DNA of 64,000 nucleotides from positions 87,176 through 151,175 of the forward strand of contig NW_018405822.1 of assembly GCF_002113885.1 (NCBI RefSeq), written 5' to 3'. This document shows, in pieces, positions 27,801 to 37,600 of this stretch. How positions within the stretch are numbered: position 1 is the first letter of the stretch; each line of letters starts with the position of its first letter. The translations under genes and the position numbers were made by a program. A model generated the notes under the pieces. It saw only the letters and a program-made list of their open reading frames with translations, was not told the DNA's origin and did no database searches. This stretch comes from Mizuhopecten yessoensis. Lineage: Eukaryota.

Positions 27801-30800
27801 GCTTCAATTGTACATTGACTGAAATTTAACAAAACAAGTGGGTTATGTGGGTTGCTATATTTATTTCTGGGATAGCCCTTACCAGGCAGTAGTCACACAA
27901 TGACTTGACAATCCAAACTCTTCGGTAGGGACAAAGGTCATGGAATTTACGTCGCTCCAACGGATTTCTCTTGCCTGCCAAGAAATTGTTATACTGTTAT
28001 TAACTTGGTCGCATCAGCTGCTTTGATATCACAGTAAAGCATGCTTAGTGCAGCCTTATTGTAAATGCTGACTTAAATTACAAAGACTTTAAGTCATAGT
28101 TGTCTTTTATGGTAAGGTTCTCTCTTATGACCATCAACTATAACAAATAATGCCAATATAGCAAACCTGGTTTTTTATCCTGTTACCTGGTTTTCTGTAT
28201 ATAACTATAATAAATATTCTGTACCGAGATGTACCTGTTTTGTGTCAGCATATTTTGTTTTAACTTTCTCAATGGTCAGACATGTTATTCACCTAACTGA
28301 CTGATTAGAGCTTTTGACGGACATAAAACTTCTCAATTTGAAGTTTGGGTAGAAATCAAATGAATTATGACACTCAAAGAAAAAGGTGTCTCTTCCGGAC
28401 TCGTATTGGTTACAATGAATATTTCTCCAAGATTGGTATACACATACTAGTTCATGCTCCAACTATAAGTATTATCCTGGTTCGTGTTGTATTTAATTTA
28501 TCTGATAAATGTAAGGATGTTGGTATGAGAGATATATTTTGTATTTTATGTACATCGTATACTATATATATAAATCTCTAATTCTCATCAATAGATTATT
28601 TTTCGGACAGCTCTACGAATACTGGCTCTTGAAAAATAAAGCATGCACTTTACAAGTTGACTTTGTGTAAAATAAGGAAGATATGATACCAGCAACAATG
28701 TCCTTCATTGTGTTTATAATGATTAGAAAAAGGCATGAAATGAACAGATCAACACAAATATCATTTAACACAGACAAGACATACTTAAACCAAAACTGAA
28801 CAAAATCAATACAATGTAAGGCTCACTTTAGTTGCCCACCACATAGACCAAGCCAAGCCTATCAGTACAACAATGATAAACCTACCATCTCATGGGCAAG
28901 TGTTGGTGGCTTCTAATAGTGTTATCACACTAGTTTTAGACCAAGCACGACCTATACTTACCAACTATATCAAAGAAATGGCCATCTATTCCTAGTTTAA
29001 CTGCAGTCTGTAAAGTAATAACCAATTATTTTATAGAAATCCTGTTTCCAACTACTTCACATTTTAGTCATACTCAAAAAGGCATTAATTTTGTAAATAA
29101 CCACAGCTATCCAGTAATATTATGGAAGAAAGGGTAACAGGTTTCAAAACGTTTCCTCTCAACTTTATATACCACAACTTTAATTTCATTAAATAAAATT
29201 ATATTATTTATAAGATTAAGATCATTCATTCAGTATCAAAATAAATCCACAATCTAAAACGTGTCCCAAAGTGCTATACTCGTAGATTTGTTATGCGACT
29301 CGTGGAATTTCTGGAGAAATGGTACAAAGCATGATATAGTATGACCCATAGTAAACAATACAGTGAACAGATTTAACTGAATTGTTGATTGACTGGTCAG
29401 TTTGAAATGATACAACACATGGATGCTTCTACTAAATCTACTATTCTGGACACTTCCATTTTTATCAATAAATTATTTTCTTTGTTAATCATTTTTCATA
29501 AAGTGTCTGAATTCAAGTATATAATAAATCACACCAGACCTTTTGTACATCCTCATGGCTGTCTACAAATATTTTGTACCACTGCCTCAGTCTAAGCCTC
29601 AATTTCTCATCCCAAATACTGTATGGCATCAAGGTCTTCTTGTCAATTCTGGTAACACAACATTTTCATGATTATTATTTTATTCAATAATAAACATTTT
29701 AATTATTTTTTTGTCTTAAATATATTTCTGAAATTAATTCGGCTAAAGACCATGCAGAACCTGACAATGAGACAATGGTTGGTACTTTCTTCTATTGCAC
29801 TATACTAGCCCAAGGCACAAAATCGTCCATGTGTTATTTTATTTTTTACAAAAATTATAATAAAATTTGAACATACTCAAAATAAAACACAAATACTTAA
29901 ATACTGTTCTGAATTAACAGTGAAGTTCACATTACAGATTAATATTTTAAACATTATTTTCCCTTAAAGGCCATTATTGATACTTACTTCATTCTCTGGA
30001 AGGGAGTACTAAGTAGAGCTGTCATGACTTTCTGCATGACTGCACTTTCTCGAGGCATGTAGAAGCACCGCTCCAACTCAAACTGGGGAATTTCTCCGAT
30101 ATTAAGAGCATCCTGACACAGGAACAAAAATTGACCAATTTGGGGCAGCTGCAATAAAATATTAAAAAAATCAACATTTACCAAATGTTATTAACTCATT
30201 CACCCCTGAATTCAAAGGTGGGAATAGTTCCTCAGGGTTCTCCCCAGATTTTTTTTAAGCCAATATGTTTAATTTCAAACGGATGTTCAAGACGGACATA
30301 GCACTGTAGCATGCTCAACGATACCATATCATATTTAGGGGGGAGAGGTCATAATGTAGATGTGGCACTTAATTTCTGTCTCTTTAAATAAGTACTTTTA
30401 TTTACCAAACTCTTGGTGAATTTAAAAAGAAAAAGACAACAAATAAAATATGTTCTCTCCTCTGTCGGTACTCAGGGTCAAATGAGATACATGCGTTAAC
30501 CTTTAAATTTCCATCCAAATCTTTCTTAGTTAAATGTCCATCAAAGCTTTATTTTGACACTCTTACAAACCTCCCACATGGCCCTCATATAGTCTCCTTT
30601 GCTATCCAAGATAGAAGTTTCCCAGTCCAAGATTTCCTGGAGCTGTGCCTCTTGAACAGCCTTCCGATCAGTTATCTGCTGTTTACGCTGTTCACGGTCA
30701 CGGCGCAGCTCTTCCTGTCTCAGCTGACTCAACAGGGCAGAGGAATCATGAGGAATTATTGTCCTAGTTCGCCTCCTTAAACCTGCAAAATAAATAAGTT

Positions 30801-33732
30801 CAGATCTTTTGAGCAACTATTAGTAGACTTTAGGTCTCAAGTTGAAATTTTCAAAATTCCTTAGACTCAAAAATCTATAAGCTGAATTCTTTGATAATGT
30901 TGATAAATTCCTTTCTGTATATTTCCATATTGGTGTTTCCAAATTTGAATTTCAAAATTTTTAATGATGCATTTATTGTGGACATACCTGAGAAAGAAAT
31001 GTCATCACCATTTTGACCTGAAGTTGCTGAAATGGATGTCTTTTCTCGTAACTCTCTGAAATGAGGATAAACAAAATTAACAACAAGGTAACTGATTTCT
31101 ACAAACAATCAATTTTGTCCAATGCCACAAATTCAGCTTTCTCAGGTCTAGTTTCTAGGGAAACCGTGTGTCTGTGTGTATTAGTGTAAAAAGTAGGGGT
31201 CAGTCAGCCATGAATGTTGTGGACAAATCCCTTCTTGTTTGGCAAGATATTTATACAAGAAATTGAAAGAAAGATTTTTTTCTATTAGCAATGTACATAT
31301 GTTTTCTAAAGCATAATAAATGATATATATATTTTTATTTATGTATTGTTATAATGTTAACATTATCATAACATAAACATTGATCAGCATAAAATGTTAA
31401 AACAGAATTATTCTTTACATATATATATATATAAATAAAACAAAACATGAAGACTAGTATATGTATTCGTGTTTTGTTTTTATATATTTACCGTCACATG
31501 GACATATAACACTATTTATCGCTATATTATATATAGACACCTTCCTTCTTTTTTTTGGGCTGAAAATGTTTATTCACCAACAAAATCAAAGGCTCTTTTA
31601 GTTTTCCTTTTCTGAAAATGCATGTATCCATATTAATACATCATCTTTATTCAAAAAGAAATAGTTGAAGCATAACTGTGGCTGTGCACTATGCATACAG
31701 TATTTAATTACAATGTCCTAACATCATGATGTAGTAAAAAATATAAAGATACCAGGTAATATAATTCCTAATTAACGACCATACTCCATTTTGAAATTGA
31801 AATTGAAACCCAAAGCATGTGTATTTCTCCCCCCACTACAATAACACTGTAATAAAAATAAAGTCATTTGAATTGTGTTAACCTAGAAAGAAGAGCCAGT
31901 TTTTGTTCCATCATGGTCTCCAGCTTCTGTCCTCTCTTGGAAACATAGTGGTCGGGCCCATTGTATCTGTAGCAGTTCTCCAGCATCAGACGGAAGTCCG
32001 ACACAAACTCAGTGATTGTTTCATATTCCCGATCTTCAAACTTATTTAATACTGAAACATATTCAATTTGGAAACAAAGATAAGAGAAAATGTCCATTAC
32101 AATATATGTTTGGGATCAAAATAATATGTTATAATATATGTAGCAGATAATTATAACATCAAAACCAGATAGTTAGGATGGCAGAGCAACAGTCTCAAGT
32201 TTACCAAGGGGGATTTGCATCCACCCTCCTCCCCCACTTTTGAAGCTTGACCATAATTAACTGTTAAATTTTCATTTTCCCACAATGACCAATAAGATCA
32301 AATTTAAAGTTGATCAGATGCATTGTGAAACTAAAGCTACCACAATTGATACACTACCTAAATTGGTACACGTCAGAAAATGGTTCGAATAGTACTTTAA
32401 ATTAAATTTGTGAATTTTCCTCTGATGGTACGTATAACAAATATATTTATAAGCATTTCCACCAAATAGTTTTGTTTTCAGCAACATTTTAACGTCAACA
32501 TGTTAGAAAACATGCATACATACAATTGTAGATCAGTTTGTATTTATAAAAGTGATATATTTTGTTGAAATTGGCACATCAACTAGTAAAAATTAAACAA
32601 GTTTCATAGCCTGTGATATGGTGTACTAATCATGGCCGAAAAAACAATGAAATCTCACTCTCTAAGTGTAGCTGTCTATTTTTAAAAGCAAATTACTTAC
32701 ATTCAAAACTTTTCCTGAAAATGAACCTAGAAGCTTTTCTGATAAACTGTCAACATCGTAGCCTGACAAGCTACACAACTCAATAACTACCAGTTTGGGA
32801 GAAGTGACAAATACCCATAGTTTGTACTATACCCGTCGGTGTCTATGGTATTATTTTTGACAATACTGCTATATGGTTTCAGGTTTCCAATAGTACTATT
32901 TTTTTCGGTGAAGGGACCAGCTAATCTTGATATGAAACACCAGTTGTAGCTGGGAGTCAGTACAGGGACATCATTATTTGTAAAACTATCAGTGCCATAT
33001 GACCATCTATTGAGATTGACGTTTATATTCATCCAGTATATTTTTGTGGTGAAAAGCATACAGGACATTTGGATGATATATAGCCAATTTTGAAAATACA
33101 AATAAACCATAAATGATGATTAGTGGTACAGCAATTCTTAGGTCAATAGCAAGTCGTTCATCACTTACTCCAGAATATTGCAATATTATCAAATTAATCA
33201 TGTTAAGCTAGTTAATCTAGATTTAGTTTAGTGCACCAATTTCTGGTAAAAACCAAGCAGTCATTAGTTTAACCCAAGTACAACCAGATATATATGATTT
33301 CGAATTTAACTTGTGGCGAAATGACATACTTTTTCCCAACCAGACTGGTCTCTTGATTCGTTCATAATAATCTGCTGTTTCAGGATGGCTAGAGTCGACG
33401 GCTTCCAAAAAGTGCCAGTTCACAGATTTGTTACCATCGGCCATAAGTTCTTTCAAAATTCTAAAGCCTTGTTGGAGTTCAGGACCGAGAGGATTTCGAG
33501 TGTCGACTCCTTCTCCCTTGATGTCAGTTTCAGGTGATCTTTCACCATAATCCTCTTCTTTAACAGGTACCGGCGAAGGTAACCCCAAATCAGCTGATGG
33601 GGTAATCTCTCCATCAACTTTTTCTGTCATGTTCCTGTCATCTGTTCTGGTTTCGTCCGTACTTGAATCACAGGATATGATCTTTGACAGAAGATTTCCG
33701 GAAAACTCCTCGCTATTCCCGAACTCTTCCAT
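7945..33732 (-). CDS. BRD10: Bromodomain-containing protein 10 (KIAA2026) orthologue, 16 coding exons, ~2926 aa
   Basis: Exons joined by hand: 33732-33330, 32051-31883, 31055-30988, 30782-30571, 30148-29988, 29648-29540, 29007-28962, 27974-27883, 27102-26902, 26027-25890, 25653-24454, 23255-23139, 19506-19339, 17225-17057, 16372-15767, 12866-7945. All introns are GT-AG, phases match and the total is 8781 nt (divisible by 3). N-terminal bromodomain (ELQQGFRILKE...FVSDFRLMLENCYRYNG) and the motif HFPQFCGADLRIYKQ match KIAA2026 as recalled. Confidence 0.9.
13570..15545. repeat. 51-bp satellite array with internal inverted block (BRD10 intron 15)
   Basis: Unit TGTCTGTAATCTAATCAGAACAGAAGGATGTACCAGTCACTAACAAATATA; reverse-oriented copies at ~14128-14564. 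Confidence 0.95.
15767..16372 (-). CDS. BRD10: BRD10 exon 15
   Basis: Acceptor ttacag; (E)IMDDCDDIDVSSRGRIRKRR...KLTTP; donor G|gtaaat. Confidence 0.85.
17057..17225 (-). CDS. BRD10: BRD10 exon 14 (acidic)
   Basis: Acceptor attcag; EKWESEHSDSSESEDGE...; donor G|gtaggg. Confidence 0.8.
17713..18521 (-). mobile_element. Internally deleted hAT transposon retaining the C-terminal dimerisation domain
   Basis: 18-bp TIRs CAGTGCTCCAGATA(A/G)CTT; ORF 18245-17964 PNFSVLAQIALTLCITSIECERSFSVQNRLKSRLRCSL is a typical hATC motif; right flank is an N gap so the TSD cannot be checked. Confidence 0.85.
18654..18795. repeat. 32-bp minisatellite (TGTTGTAAGATAGCTCGTCTGTTGGTGATATG), continues into a gap
   Basis: Four or more direct copies next to the N run. 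Confidence 0.9.
19339..19506 (-). CDS. BRD10: BRD10 exon 13
   Basis: Acceptor gatcag; VIKPPPRKRCVIDLHGRLLFLLKELEPWEQKL...EEQVE; donor gtacac. Confidence 0.82.
19745..20040 (-). mobile_element. Fragment of a Helentron-associated (HINE/DINE-like) non-autonomous element
   Basis: GACGGACGAGGACG microsatellite-like segment and terminal GGTGAGCTAA, the reverse complement of the TTAGCTCACC start seen at 51671. Confidence 0.5.
20706..21257 (+). mobile_element. Tc1/mariner transposon left end with N-terminal transposase fragment
   Basis: TA followed by TACTGAACAAAAAAAGAAACGCA; from 21004 MPRLTHIQRGRAIAML...GRPRVTTARQDRAIRLSHLRNRF (paired-like HTH plus GRPR motif); truncated. Confidence 0.85.
22580..23065. 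repeat. 24-bp minisatellite (AAAAAATAGATACCATAGCGCATC)
   Basis: ~20 near-identical copies; gives rise to spurious repetitive ORFs on both strands. Confidence 0.95.
23139..23255 (-). CDS. BRD10: BRD10 exon 12 (WHIM3-like)
   Basis: Acceptor tttcag; FPEIGPFKLVVECVEDLKQLVESFAEQEPIVIGKGKKQK; donor gtgaaa. Confidence 0.85.
23933..24423. mobile_element. Non-autonomous TIR element, AcademH-like (TAG...CTA termini, 9-bp TSD)
   Basis: TIR TAGCCCGAGTTTCCTCTGGCCC / GGGCCAGAGGAAACTCAGGCTA; perfect TSD AGGTACTCC at 23924-23932 and 24424-24432. Confidence 0.8.
24454..25653 (-). CDS. BRD10: BRD10 exon 11 (1200-nt acidic/Ser-rich exon)
   Basis: Within the 418-aa ORF; acceptor tttcag|AAA, donor ATG|gtaaat; phase 0/0. 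Confidence 0.88.
25890..26027 (-). CDS. BRD10: BRD10 exon 10 (basic NLS-like KKAKKKRKK)
   Basis: Acceptor ttatag; EKEPERMAID...RPSRLRQ; donor gtaaac. Confidence 0.85.
26902..27102 (-). CDS. BRD10: BRD10 exon 9 (WHIM2-like)
   Basis: Acceptor ctgtag; EHQESIRDAIESQAIEEQHDYLLGVDADGTRYLHFPQFCGADLRIYKQ...; donor gtttgc. Confidence 0.9.
27883..27974 (-). CDS. BRD10: BRD10 exon 8 (WHIM1-like)
   Basis: Acceptor tggcag; KRNPLERRKFHDLCPYRRVWIVKSLCDYCL; donor gtaagg. Confidence 0.88.
28962..29007 (-). CDS. BRD10: BRD10 exon 7 (46-nt small exon)
   Basis: Acceptor ttacag; TAVKLGIDGHFFDIV(G); donor gtaagt; supplies the phase-1 junction exon 8 needs. Confidence 0.85.
29540..29648 (-). CDS. BRD10: BRD10 exon 6
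   Basis: Not in ORF track; read by hand: acceptor taccag; IDKKTLMPYSIWDEKLRLRLRQWYKIFVDSHEDVQK; donor gtctgg. Confidence 0.85.
29988..30148 (-). CDS. BRD10: BRD10 exon 5 (DDT-like segment)
   Basis: Acceptor ttgcag; LPQIGQFLFLCQDALNIGEIPQFELERCF...LLSTPFQRM; donor gtaagt. Confidence 0.9.
30571..30782 (-). CDS. BRD10: BRD10 exon 4
   Basis: Acceptor ttgcag; GLRRRTRTII...MRAMWE; donor gtttgt. Confidence 0.88.
30988..31055 (-). CDS. BRD10: BRD10 exon 3
   Basis: Acceptor tttcag; RELREKTSISATSG...; donor G|gtatgt; phases fit both neighbours. Confidence 0.85.
31883..32051 (-). CDS. BRD10: BRD10 exon 2 (second half of bromodomain)
   Basis: Acceptor tttcag; LNKFEDREYETITEFVSDFRLMLENCYRYNGPDHYVSKRG...KLALLS; donor AG|gttaac. 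Confidence 0.9.
33330..33732 (-). CDS. BRD10: BRD10 coding exon 1 (start codon; first half of bromodomain)
   Basis: ATG at 33732; ...ELQQGFRILKELM...DYYERIKRPVWLGK; donor A|gtatgt, phase 1. Confidence 0.88.
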
Positions 33733-34498
33733 TCTAAGCTATCAAACTTGAACAACTAACATGTGGAACAAAGTCATTATTTACTAAAGTTTTGCAGTTT
33801 TCTGCAAAAGAGTGGAAAACGTCATTCAACAAAATTTCTCGCAATAAACAAAAGCAAATACTATTTGTCTTATTTCCGCTAATTTCAACAACTAAAATGA
33901 GCACGTCGATTTCAGGACTACAATATCGTGCAAATATATTCACACTATCCATCTTCAAAACATAACAGAACGTCTTCATCCAAATAAAAATTTGGAATTA
34001 TCACACCTGCATAATTGGCCATTTGGGATACATCGCTGGCTTGACCTTATCACAAGGTTTTGGACATCAGTAATATTCATACACATAAATATGATTATTA
34101 TTGGTCATACATTACCATAGAGGATATCTGATATTCAACATTTTATAATAAACAATTTTGTACTGTTGGTGATGATAATATGTTAGCGAGTTATTATACA
34201 ACATTTGTATCAATAATTAGAACTATATTCTGTACTATTTTCGTGCGCACACCGATATGCAAAATAGGAGCAAATAGTTCCTGGCTTTCGAAGCGTTACC
34301 TCGCGTACGACCCGATTAATTTTAGTCTTCGCCGTTATACATGCTCAGATGTTAAACTAACAGATGATACAACATGTAAATTCCCGATACATAAGGATAT
34401 TTCGTTAAACTCACCGAAAAAAGTTCTAATAGTACCGCAGTGAATAAAACGTAATTTCCTGTATATTTACTTCCGGTATTGACAGGTCCTGTGTCGAA
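33733..34498. promoter_or_regulatory. Putative bidirectional promoter region between BRD10 and the TMED5-like gene
   Basis: Divergent ATGs 766 bp apart; ETS/GABP-type site ACTTCCGG at 34469-34476; more CpG than flanking introns by eye. Confidence 0.6.
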
Positions 34499-34654
34499 AT
34501 GGAGAACTTCATCTATGTTTTATATCCGTTAGTGTTCCTTGTCGCTCTTGTCTCACCTTTCGAAATTGATCTCACAGTAGAGGTTAATGCAGGAACTCAG
34601 GATTGTTTCTATCAAACTGTTAAAAAACCAGTTGGGATTGAAATTGAATATCAG
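34499..34654 (+). CDS. TMED5: TMED5-like exon 1
   Basis: ATG; hydrophobic signal peptide; ...IEIEYQ|gtaaat. Confidence 0.9.
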
Positions 34655-37600
34655 GTAAATGTACATGGTTGTAATAATGTCACTTGGGAAAAGCTGCAAC
34701 ATTTCATGGCACGGTGCAGCCAATCGGAAGCTGACAAGTTGTTTAAAACAAAATATGTTATAGCTATAGTGTTTCTTTTACATTATTTGGATTCATAATG
34801 TATCCCAACAAGTGAGTTTAATTTGTGTTCTTTCTGGTATTGCTGTCAACTAGCACCCCCTTTTTATGAAAAAAACCCATCTCTTTTGATAAGGGGAGGA
34901 GTCAAGTATCTGTTTATTTACATTGACGACCACGCCCCCCCCCCCCCCCCCCCCCCATATTCATGGCACGTTTAAACGTTACTCTCATACAGTAGATAGC
35001 ATATACTGAAAACGAATGAAATAGATTTTTCTGTAAAAATGACACGACTGTGTACATACATGTGTAAGTACTAGTCTGACTCCTGATCAGTTGATGTGGC
35101 TACAGACATTCACAGGAGATTGAAACACTAACAATATGATATTTTTTTGTCTGACATGTACATCACTATTATCTGTTCAGGCTTAGAGTTAAACACTGAT
35201 CAAATAACACGGCTGCCCTTGTCTGGCAATGACCATCATGGTCACTGGTCATTTGTAAGGTGGGCTAGTCCTCTTTATGTGTGAGTGGGGTAGGGGGACC
35301 GGAGGACATAAATAACAGGTGTCCGGCAGGCATGTTCATTCGAGCCTTAAACAATTATCTCTGGGTCATTAAGTGATTAATTTGGGGAAAAAATATTGTA
35401 CATAAGACTTGAAAAACAAACACTCAATACAGCTCATCATCATCCTGGATAGGAATTTACTATGTGTGGAGTGTGATATTCCAGCGACCTACTGCAAGCA
35501 TGCCCAAGCCACACATTAAAAACATAAATATTTTTATAATTTTAAGATATAAGATAAAAACCAGCAGCCCAGGACCTCAGGGCTTTCTTTTCAGCAGATC
35601 CAGGTTGGTAATAAGGGACCTGAAGATTTAATGATCTTATTTCTGATTATAATTGGAATGAACTTTCTTTAAATTGTGATTCAGTTGATACTGCCTGTAA
35701 TCATTTTACTGATATGTTCCTAAAATTTGCAAATATATGTATTCCATCAAAAGATGTAACTATATACCTTTAAATGATAAACCTTGGATGACCTCTGAAT
35801 TAAGAAAAACAATAAAAATTAGAGATAAGTTGCATAAAATTGCGAGGTCAACCGAACATCTTTCGGACATCAACAAATTCAATTCTCAACGGAATAAGGT
35901 TAATAACATGAAAAAATATGCCGTAAATTATTTTATGAAAATGTTCATGGTATTATTGAAGAGTACTCGTCCTCTGATCCAAAAGCTTATTGGAGACTCA
36001 TCAAAAGGTTAATACAATCGTCTGGTACTGCACAATCTATACCTACTCTTGTAGATCCTGTTTCTGACAATGTGGTTACTAGTGACGTAGACAAAGCTAA
36101 TTTATTAAACGACTATTTTTGTAATATAACTCGTGTAGATGACATAAATACTGCGGTTCCTCTCATCGAGCCAAAAACTGACAAGAGTCTTAGGTACATT
36201 AGAGTCAATAATAATGAAATACAAGATATTTTACAAATATTGAAGCTTGGTAAGGCCTCGGGTGAGGATGGAATCAGTCACCATATGATAAGAAACACAT
36301 CAGAAACAGTTTGTGTTTCCCTTTGAATCATTTTTATTAAGTCTTTATCGTCTGGTGTTTACCCAATCTGTTGGAAAACAGCCAAAGTTATGCCACTGTT
36401 TAAAAAGGGTGACAGGCATTCTCCCTCTAACTATAGGCCAATTTCTTTATTATCTACAGTTGGAAAAGTGTTTAAGAGGGTAATTTTCAAATACTTGCAT
36501 AATTATTTCATTGAACACTCACTTTTTTCGGTCACCTGAGCTTTGCTCAAGTAACCTACTCCGGTCACTTTCCGTCTGTCGTCGTGCGTCGTGTGTAAAC
36601 TTTTTACATTTTCAACTTCTTCTCAAGAACCAGTGGATTGAATTTTTTCAAACTTGGTCAGAATCATCCTTGGTAGATGAGGCTACAAAATTGTAAAATT
36701 GGGATTCCTACCCCAACAGGAAAATTAACCAATATTTCAAAAATCTTCTTCTCCAGACTCAGAGGTACTACAGTCATTTTCTGCATGGATGGAAATTAAA
36801 GATAATCAGGGGCTTTATTTAAATTATAAATTTCAGGACCCCTGAGCTATTCGTTCTCCTTTGGGGAGGGGGTAAACTTTACCATAGTTTATATAGGNTT
36901 TATTTAAATTATAAATTTCAGGACCCCTGAGCTATTCGTTCTCCTTTGGGGAGGGGGTAAACTTTACCATAGTTTATATAATGAAACAATTACAACACTT
37001 TTGGGTATATTTTGACAATTTTCTGTAGGAAATTATGCTTACTTGGTGAGAATTATCCTTGGAGGAAGATGGTTTTAAAATGTAAAATTGGGATTCCTAC
37101 CCCAACCCTAGGGCCAGGGCGAAAATTTACCAATATTTCAAAAATCTTCTTCTCCAGACTCAGAGGTACTACGGTCAATTTCAGTGCATGGATAGAAAGA
37201 TCATCAGGAGCTTTATTGAAATTGTCAATGTCAGGACCTCTGAGCCATCCGTTCCCCCTTGGGGAGGGGGTAAATTTTACCATAGTTTATATAGGGAAAT
37301 AACACTTCTGGGTATATTTTTATTTTCAGCAGAAAATAATTCTTACTTGATGAGAATCATCTTTGGTGGATGTGGGTATTACATTGTAAAATTGGGATTC
37401 CTGCCCCATCCTAGGGGCTAGGGCGGGAACATTTACCAATATTTCAAAATTCTTATCCTTTGATGACATGACAATTATTGTATTTCACTTAGTTTACATG
37501 TTGATTTCCACATCACATCTAAACAATAGAATAAAGCTACCAGTACCTATGATATAACTCAGGTGACTGCTAAGGCCCTTGGGCCTCTTGTTATAAGCAC

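Noticed and set aside
32787-33201. 107-aa and 64-aa ORFs in BRD10 intron 1
   Set aside because: No recognisable motif; exons 1 and 2 already join in frame to give a complete bromodomain
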